DNA from: a bacterium
GTDB taxonomy: Bacteria; Zixibacteria; MSB-5A5; GN15; FEB-12
Length of the DNA stretch: 15,259 nucleotides
NCBI GenBank assembly: GCA_043811375.1
Contig: JBDRNJ010000079.1
Coordinates: 1-15,259 of the forward strand
Reading direction: 5' to 3'
The notes beneath the pieces are model-generated. The model ran no database searches. It was not told the DNA's origin and was given only the letters and a program-made list of their open reading frames with translations. Below, in pieces: positions 7,755 to 15,259 of this stretch (its first letter is position 1; each line of letters begins with the position of its first letter). A program made the translations under genes and the position numbers.

Positions 7755-7783
7755 TTGACATTCATCTCTGTCAAGGATACCCT
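7755..7783 (+). promoter_or_regulatory. sigma70-type promoter for the membrane-TPR gene; -35 is part of a TTGACA-N8-TGTCAA palindrome
   Basis: TTGACA (7755-7760), 17 nt, TACCCT (7778-7783), 7 nt, ATG 7791. Confidence 0.6.
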
Positions 7784-7790
7784 GATAGCG

Positions 7791-9719
7791 ATGCTCAGGA
7801 AACTTGATCCACCAACTGTTGCTCTGCTCCTTACCCTCGGTCTTTTGGGGTTCGCGTCGTTCTATTCCGTTGAGTCAATGTGGGGAGCCAACCATCTGGC
7901 CTTCCTTTCCCGGGCTTTCACCTATGCCTTCTGGGTGGTAGCGGTTGTGGTTCTGGTCATGGTGCTTGTTCCGGGCAGGTTTACGCCCGAGGAACGGAAG
8001 ATCAACAGCGTAGCTGATTTCATTTTCACCAGGGGACCGCTGTCGAGATTGCTGATTGCCGTCATCTTCACGTCCCTGTTTGTAATTTTCAGAATGTCGA
8101 CTCATTTCCTTGGAGATGGCAACCTTCTGATGAACGCTTTTGCGTTTGATGAATCGTTCGTTCCCAAATGGGTAGTGCCGGGCTCTTCGTTTCTGATACG
8201 GAAAACGCAGTGGTTACTTGGTGGCTATTCGCGACAAACTGCTTTTACTGCCTTCCAGTTGTTGTCGATAGTTTCCGGCTTTGTTACCATCTACACATTC
8301 ATATCTATCGCTGAGAAACTATCCGACCACCCGCAGGTCCGAATAATCAGTCTGATTTCCCTTTTGTTCTCCGGTGGCAGCCTGCTTTTCTTCGGTTACG
8401 TTGAACATTATCCACTTCTCTGGGCGGCGGTTGCCGTTTTTATCAACCAGTCACTGGGATTCCTGAAAGATCGTACCAGGCTCTGGACTGTTTTGGTTGC
8501 ATTTGGTGTGGCTGTCTTGATGCACTTTGAGGCCGTCTGTCTCCTGGGGGGAGTGGCGTATTTGGTAACTCGGTGGTTTTTCGGACGTGTACCGGCAGCG
8601 TCATCGGGCAAGCGGCTATACACAATCGCAACTGCTGTTACCGCCGGCGGTCTGGCGATGTTCGTTCTCCTCTACCGTGCCGAGCTGCAACCGGCCAACC
8701 TGTTCCTGCCGCTTGTTACCGGTTCTGCCCACGCGCCCGACTATGCTGTTTTCAGTCTTAAACATCTTGCGGATATTGGCAACCTGGTTTTACTCATATT
8801 TCCGGGGTGCCTGGTGGTCCTATCCCTGTGGCTTACCCGGAGAGGCTGGGTGAGAAACGACAATTCAACTGCGTACCTTTGCTGGTTGTCGTCAGGTTCA
8901 CTGGCGTTTCTGTTCCTGATTGACCCATTGCTGGGCATGGCGCGAGACTGGGATCTGATGTCCTGGACGCTGCCGGCTCCATTCCTGCTCTTGTTGCGGC
9001 AGTTGCACGATCGACCCGGGGGTAGACTTGCCCGGCTGGTGATTCCGTACTTGTTAGTGTGCGTACTGGCAACAACAGCCTACCTGGCAGCCAACGTCAA
9101 TGTCGCTGCTTCGGAGCAGAGATTCCATTCGTTGTTGCGGTTACATGGATCCCAGGACGACAACGGCTGGCCCCTATTCGCCAGTTACTTCCTCGAGAAG
9201 GGCGACTATGTCAGGGCTGAGGAGTTGGTGCAGGAACTTCTGGAGCAAAACATCCAACCAGCATACTGTTTCCAGATCCTCGGCTCGCTGCGTGTTAAAA
9301 CCGGACGGTTAGAGGAGGCGGAGCAGTACTATCTCAAGAGTCTGGCGCTCAGACCATTCGACCTCGAGATCAGAAATGAACTCGGTGGCCTGTACATACA
9401 GCAAGGCAAATACCGGGATGCCCTGGCAACGCTAAAGGAAGCCTCCCGGTATGATCCTGACTTCATCACTACCTGGGCGGAGGGTGTGGGATTGGCCTAC
9501 TACCACCTGGGTCATCTTGATTCAGCAGTGGCTGTTGCAGACACTCTTCTGATGGCCGATAATAACTCACCCGGCGGGCACTTGCTCAAAATGATTGTAG
9601 CCCTAACCTCCGGCGACAATGCTACAGCCAGGTATCACTTTCAACAGTACATCAAGCATGGTGCTCATCGGTCGAATTACGAAAACATCAAAGAGCACTA
9701 CGGCAATTTGTTCCGTTGA
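7791..9719 (+). CDS. Polytopic membrane protein with C-terminal TPR repeats (possible GT-C-type glycosyltransferase)
   Basis: Roughly a dozen hydrophobic segments with loop motifs THFLGDG, FFGYVEHYP and LGMARDWDL, then TPR-like repeats (GRLEEAEQYYLKSLALRP, GKYRDALATLKEASRYDP). ATG 7791 preferred over the 7596 start that overlaps iscU. Confidence 0.75.
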   Translation: MLRKLDPPTVALLLTLGLLGFASFYSVESMWGANHLAFLSRAFTYAFWVVAVVVLVMVLVPGRFTPEERKINSVADFIFTRGPLSRLLIAVIFTSLFVIFRMSTHFLGDGNLLMNAFAFDESFVPKWVVPGSSFLIRKTQWLLGGYSRQTAFTAFQLLSIVSGFVTIYTFISIAEKLSDHPQVRIISLISLLFSGGSLLFFGYVEHYPLLWAAVAVFINQSLGFLKDRTRLWTVLVAFGVAVLMHFEAVCLLGGVAYLVTRWFFGRVPAASSGKRLYTIATAVTAGGLAMFVLLYRAELQPANLFLPLVTGSAHAPDYAVFSLKHLADIGNLVLLIFPGCLVVLSLWLTRRGWVRNDNSTAYLCWLSSGSLAFLFLIDPLLGMARDWDLMSWTLPAPFLLLLRQLHDRPGGRLARLVIPYLLVCVLATTAYLAANVNVAASEQRFHSLLRLHGSQDDNGWPLFASYFLEKGDYVRAEELVQELLEQNIQPAYCFQILGSLRVKTGRLEEAEQYYLKSLALRPFDLEIRNELGGLYIQQGKYRDALATLKEASRYDPDFITTWAEGVGLAYYHLGHLDSAVAVADTLLMADNNSPGGHLLKMIVALTSGDNATARYHFQQYIKHGAHRSNYENIKEHYGNLFR

Positions 9720-9796
9720 CTCTACAGACATCGAACCGCTATGATAGAGTTCTGTTTGCGGGCCGGGGCATCAGAGCCTGGCTTGTTTCCTCCCCG

Positions 9797-9816
9797 GGGG
9801 CGATGTCGCCTTTTTT
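9797..9816 (+). terminator. Weak intrinsic terminator candidate
   Basis: GGGGCG-ATGT-CGCCTT running into a T tract, about 80 nt after the membrane-TPR stop. Confidence 0.35.
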
Positions 9817-9880
9817 CGCTTGCGATCACAAGATGGGCGAGTTTATTGGAAACACTTGTTTTTAGCTCGGTATAACCGAT

Positions 9881-10864
9881 ATGATGAATATGTGTACCCC
9901 AGGAAAAACAACGATGGTTATAGTCAGCCTGATGGTAATGACAGCCGTTGTGGTCGCCACTCCTCCTGCGGCCGAAGATTCGCTGTCTGTCTACCTGGCC
10001 AGCGGTGGCCAGAAGATGGTGCGGCATAATTACGCCGAGGCTCTGGAGCATTACCAGAGAGTTTTGCAGCTTGACCCGGACAACTACGAAGCGATCAGAA
10101 ACTCCGGCGTGGCTCACTCGGCTCTGGGTGATCAGACACAAGCACGGACTTTTCTTGAACGAGCCCGGCAAATCAATCCGGATGACCCCGAAGTCCTAAA
10201 TAACCTGGGCGTGCTTTGCAGCAATGAGGGTAGCCGCCTTAAGGCCATTGAGTACTTCGAAAAGGCGGCGCAACTAAACTCCGGCAAGGCTGTCTATCAT
10301 AAGAACCTGGGACAGGAATACTCCAAAGTGGGTCGCATCAGCCTGGCGCTACCGGCACTGCACCGGGCACTGGAGTTGGCCAGTGACGACGCCGAGATCA
10401 GCTACTCACTGGGAAATTGTTTTGCTTCCGCCAATAGCTTCGACAGTGCCGAGATTTATTTCGAGCGCAGTATCAGCGCCGGTGCCGGCCACGCCCGGTT
10501 GTTTTTCTTTTTAGGAACGGTCAAGAGCCACCTGGGTAAGATCGACCAGGCCGAGGCCAGTTTCAAGCAGGCACTCCGACTGAGCCCTGATAACGTAAGT
10601 TGTCTGCAGTCTTTGGGCATGTTGTACTTCGGTGACGGTCGTTACCCACAGGCTGCCGATCAGGCACTCCGGATTATTGCTATCGATTCGACCAATCACG
10701 CCGCCTGGATACTGCTGGGTTCCTCTTATGCCCTGGACCAGAAAATTGCCGAGGCCGACAGTATTTTGTATCGTCTGTTCGATGTCGACTCGGCTATCGG
10801 TTTTCAAATGCTCGACATGATCAGTTCTGAGCGTCAGCAGAACCAAAGCGACGACGAACAGTAG
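9881..10864 (+). CDS. Secreted/periplasmic all-TPR protein
   Basis: Hydrophobic N-terminus (VIVSLMVMTAVVVATPPAA) followed by about 7-8 TPR repeats (EALEHYQRVLQLDP, EVLNNLGVL, QAEASFKQALRLSP); start uncertain among 9881/9884/9890/9914. Confidence 0.85.
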   Translation: MMNMCTPGKTTMVIVSLMVMTAVVVATPPAAEDSLSVYLASGGQKMVRHNYAEALEHYQRVLQLDPDNYEAIRNSGVAHSALGDQTQARTFLERARQINPDDPEVLNNLGVLCSNEGSRLKAIEYFEKAAQLNSGKAVYHKNLGQEYSKVGRISLALPALHRALELASDDAEISYSLGNCFASANSFDSAEIYFERSISAGAGHARLFFFLGTVKSHLGKIDQAEASFKQALRLSPDNVSCLQSLGMLYFGDGRYPQAADQALRIIAIDSTNHAAWILLGSSYALDQKIAEADSILYRLFDVDSAIGFQMLDMISSERQQNQSDDEQ

Positions 10865-11089
10865 ATTCCCTGCCGACACTGCTGATACTATAGTGTAATT
10901 CCCATAATATCGCAGTCGTACCCCATACATATTCCGATTGATAGGGCTGCAAAGGCGACGTCGGTGAGCAACTGTGTTCCGGCACGTGGTATTGATTTCT
11001 TCTGAAGTAGTTTGTCACTTCCTTCTCATATATTATGTCTGAAACTGACAATGACCATCAGAAGAGAAGCACTGGTAGCGGTTGTTTTC

Positions 11090-11119
11090 TTGTCTGACGG
11101 ACAGGCAAGAGTGTAGAAT
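11090..11119 (+). promoter_or_regulatory. Promoter candidate for the beta-propeller/amidase pair
   Basis: TTGTCT (11090-11095), 18 nt, TAGAAT (11114-11119), then AAGGAAGGAG SD before ATG 11148. Confidence 0.45.
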
Positions 11120-11147
11120 AAGTAACACATCAAGGAAGGAGAGTCTT

Positions 11148-12194
11148 ATGGGTAAGTTTCTGACAGTGATAATGTTATTGGGCGGGCTTATCGTCGGGTC
11201 GGTGCCGGCAAGTGGCTACAAGATTACGAAAGTCATCGAAGTGGGGCCGGTGGCCTGGGTGCCATTTACAGGGCCGCTGAGGTGGTCGCCTGATGGCACA
11301 ATGCTGGCATATTTTGTCAATAATTACCTGATGATCTCGGACACCCTGGGCAATACTCGCGAGGTGAAGAGCATTGATATTGGCATATCACCACGACGAT
11401 TCGAGTGGGTATCTAATGACAAGGTTGCTATCAACATGCCCAAACGCAGAGAATCTGACTCGACCTTGTACAAAACCATCACCCTTGTCGATGTCAACAC
11501 CGGCCAGGAGACGATTGTCGCTGAATGGCAGACGGTAGCCAACAGAGCCGGCAACACATACTTTGAGGGTCCCTTCCTGTCGCTGGAAGGGAATGCCTAT
11601 TACTTCTTTAAGACCATGACCGGTCGGTCGAAGGAGATACCCCTTGGCAGGGTAACGGAGACGATTGACGAGAGCCATTGGTTCTTTCCTGACAAAGCTC
11701 CTGCCGTGGAGGACAACCACTTTATTCGCTGGAACACTGGCGGCCTTTATTTGGTCAATTTAAATCAAACTGACTCAATCTGTCCGGTAGAAAGCCCTCA
11801 TCCAGGAGCATTCTCTTGGGCAGCTATACGTCCAGATTCGTCCTACGTATTCATAAGAGGAATGCTGATTAGGGTCGCTGATTCAGCAGAGATCAATGTG
11901 AATAGCTTTGTAGGAAAACCACCACCAAAAACTACAGGTTGCGGTCTTAGTTTTGTATCCTTTAATCCAAAATCCCCTGAAATCTTGTTTCTTATTGCAT
12001 GTGATGATGGTCACATGAATGAGGTGTTGCGGATAGGGACGTTTGATTATACAACTAACGAATTCACCATTCTCGACACGCTCATTGGGATCAGTAGTTG
12101 CACGGTTCCAGCCTACGCACCAGATGGAAGGAAGATAGCATTCCTTGATAGTGATGATTACAAGGCTTACATCATCTATAGGGAGGAGAAGTGA
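11148..12194 (+). CDS. Secreted TolB/PD40-like beta-propeller protein of unknown function
   Basis: Signal peptide MGKFLTVIMLLGGLIVGSVPASG; blade motifs LRWSPDGTMLAY, FEWVSNDKV, IRPDSSYV, SFNPKSPEILF, PAYAPDGRKIAF; strong SD. Confidence 0.7.
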   Translation: MGKFLTVIMLLGGLIVGSVPASGYKITKVIEVGPVAWVPFTGPLRWSPDGTMLAYFVNNYLMISDTLGNTREVKSIDIGISPRRFEWVSNDKVAINMPKRRESDSTLYKTITLVDVNTGQETIVAEWQTVANRAGNTYFEGPFLSLEGNAYYFFKTMTGRSKEIPLGRVTETIDESHWFFPDKAPAVEDNHFIRWNTGGLYLVNLNQTDSICPVESPHPGAFSWAAIRPDSSYVFIRGMLIRVADSAEINVNSFVGKPPPKTTGCGLSFVSFNPKSPEILFLIACDDGHMNEVLRIGTFDYTTNEFTILDTLIGISSCTVPAYAPDGRKIAFLDSDDYKAYIIYREEK

Positions 12195-12379
12195 AATACT
12201 CCTTTAATAGAATCTTGGTGCTGGCCCTTCTTGTGGGTAGCTTAACAGCCATCTCCACCCAGACCGGTTACACGCAGATCGTCGATGTGTATATCGACCC
12301 GGGACACGGGGGACCGGGGGCCGATCAGTTTCACAATGGGGGCGGGTTCAACGACAACCGGGGTGCTAAGTGGAGGTGA
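12191..12379 (+). pseudogene. 5' fragment of a secreted N-acetylmuramoyl-L-alanine amidase (Amidase_3)
   Basis: GTG overlaps the upstream stop (GTGA), GGAGGAG SD, signal peptide, VYIDPGHGG Zn-ligand motif (12287-12313), then a stop before the second ligand (EK..N). Confidence 0.7.
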
Positions 12380-12425
12380 TTACTGCGAGTGTAGCAGAAG
12401 TCCGAACCTACTCCTCAGTTCATTC

Positions 12426-12451
12426 GTCATGGTGAGCGGAGTCGAACCATG
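12426..12451 (+). repeat. Short intergenic repeat unit GTCATGGTGAGCGGAGTCGAACCATG
   Basis: CATGGT/ACCATG arms around a GAGCGGAGTCGA core; resembles a widespread GTCA..TGAGCGGAGTCGAA REP-like class (from recall, not searched). Confidence 0.45.
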
Positions 12452-12480
12452 CAGCCTCCCGTGAGAGTTGCCGTATGGAC

Positions 12481-12518
12481 AAAAAAAGACCCGGCCAAAA
12501 CGACCGGGTCTTTGTTTT
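12481..12518 (-). terminator. Rho-independent terminator of groESL (probably bidirectional)
   Basis: - strand GACCCGGTC-GTTTT-GGCCGGGTC-TTTTTTT; also TTTGTTTT on the + side. Confidence 0.85.
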
Positions 12519-12541
12519 CATAAAGGAAGTGACTGGTCGGC

Positions 12542-14499
<1,958 letters not shown>

Positions 14500-14628
14500 T
14501 TGAATCCTCCTGAATTCATAGTGGTTGAACTTTGTTTATATTTCTTTTCTTGTTTTCTCATTGCTGTCGCGTGTGACCGTGCTTCTATTTTTCTTTTAAC
14601 CTACTATCGGTCAATAACATTCAAATTG

Positions 14629-14655
14629 TTAGCACTCACCCTTAGTGAGTGCTAA
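14629..14655. promoter_or_regulatory. CIRCE element (HrcA operator)
   Basis: TTAGCACTC-ACCCTTAGT-GAGTGCTAA is a perfect consensus with N9 spacer, directly downstream of the groES promoter. Confidence 0.97.
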
Positions 14656-14662
14656 CAGTCTC

Positions 14663-14690
14663 AATATAGCTTGAACACAGAATATGTCAA
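14663..14690 (-). promoter_or_regulatory. sigma70-type promoter of groESL
   Basis: TTGACA (14690-14685), 16 nt, TATATT (14668-14663); predicted start at about 14656, at the CIRCE edge. Confidence 0.75.
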
Positions 14691-14800
14691 GAGGTTCAGT
14701 AAAAAATGTACATTTTTTTATGGTATTATGGGACAACAGGACGGTTGAAAGCTAAGTTATTTGATTACAGTGCCTTAGCTGCTGACGAGGCCACTTCTTA

Positions 14801-14946
14801 TGCCGTCACGAATCCTTTCGTGACGGCAGCCTTCGGCTGATTTATGAGGTTTCCAACTTCAGTCTCACATCCATTGCACAGAAGAGAATGTGTGGAAATG
14901 CCAATAACTGTGGCGATGCCACCGGTCAGGAAAGGATTCCTGACCG
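14801..14946. repeat. Inverted pair of related REP-like hairpins (REPIN-like doublet)
   Basis: TGCCGTCACGAA-TCCT-TTCGTGACGGCA (14801-14828) and CGGTCAGGAA-AGGA-TTCCTGACCG (14923-14946). Confidence 0.7.
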
Positions 14947-14989
14947 CGCGTAAAAGATTTTTGTCACGCTGCAAGTTGGCTTGACCTTG

Positions 14990-15118
14990 CTACGGACAGG
15001 CCGCCGGGGACGAGCCACCCTGGAACAGGTAAGCCTTCAAATATGATATGTCATCGGCATCCACATCGTCATCATCGTTTACATCAGCCTCTTCCCAGCA
15101 GCCGGGGTAGACGCTATC
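14990..15118 (-). pseudogene. 3' remnant of a gene ending in a dockerin-type/EF-hand-like Ca-binding domain, interrupted by the IS256 end
   Basis: Translates DSVYPGCWEEADVNDDDDVDADDISYLKAYLFQGGSSPAACP* (DxNxDxxVDxxDxxYL loop-helix); no start codon, and the frame runs into the IS terminus at 15120. Confidence 0.8.
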
Positions 15119-15119
15119 A

Positions 15120-15259
15120 GGTAGTGCAAGGATTATTGTGTAAATTGAGTTATGTGGTTTTCCCTGAGTCTTTGGTTCAGTTCAATTACCTGAGTGTATA
15201 CTATCCTTTCACAGCTTTGTTCATCCCGAAAAGAGTCGATTAATCTGACTCTTCGTCGG
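15120..15259 (-). mobile_element. Right end of an IS256-family insertion sequence running off the window; IR at 15120-15147
   Basis: IR GGTAGTGCAAGGATTATTGTGTAAATTG; transposase stop lies inside the IR. Confidence 0.82.
15133..15258 (-). CDS. C-terminus of IS256-family (Mutator-type) transposase, partial
   Basis: RRRVRLIDSFRDEQSCERIVYTQVIELNQRLRENHITQFTQ* fits the RRR....F....S..R..Y......N and terminal FTQ pattern of IS256 transposases; missed by the ORF track. Confidence 0.78.
   Translation of the reverse strand, partial: RRRVRLIDSFRDEQSCERIVYTQVIELNQRLRENHITQFTQ

Noticed and set aside
7596..7790. N-terminal extension of the 707-aa ORF
   Set aside because: It overlaps iscU out of frame and spans the predicted promoter; ATG 7791 fits better
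11035..11097. 20-codon ORF MSETDNDHQKRSTGSGCFLV upstream of the propeller gene
   Set aside because: No SD or suitably spaced promoter and no other support
15043..15243. His-rich + strand ORF (MICHRHPHRHHRLH...) that looks like a His leader peptide or metal-binding peptide
   Set aside because: It is the antisense shadow of the Asp-rich dockerin codons and crosses the IS boundary
15231..15253. AAGAGTC/GACTCTT hairpin resembling a terminator
   Set aside because: It lies inside the transposase coding frame and has only a short T run

Overview
Bacterial chromosomal segment, moderately GC-rich. The gene style and a dockerin-like C-terminal motif suggest an FCB-related lineage such as Ca. Zixibacteria (inference only). 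Both ends run about 140 nt into two different IS256-like elements, so the window is probably a whole contig broken at IS copies. Gene order: nfo (+); hutH-like MIO lyase with a Thr-Ser-Gly cofactor triad (-), preceded by a structured leader holding a 36-codon uORF; DEDDh exonuclease-WYL fusion (+); mtaB (+); rqcH/NFACT (-); stand-alone iscU with a His-to-Ala ligand change (+); polytopic membrane protein with TPRs (+); secreted TPR protein (+); secreted beta-propeller-like protein (+); truncated amidase pseudogene (+); groEL-groES with a perfect CIRCE (-); the 3' stub of a dockerin-domain gene cut by the IS256 end (-). Main non-obvious signals: a candidate leader-peptide attenuator on the lyase, five genes with leaderless promoter geometry, and REP-like hairpins with compensatory base changes.
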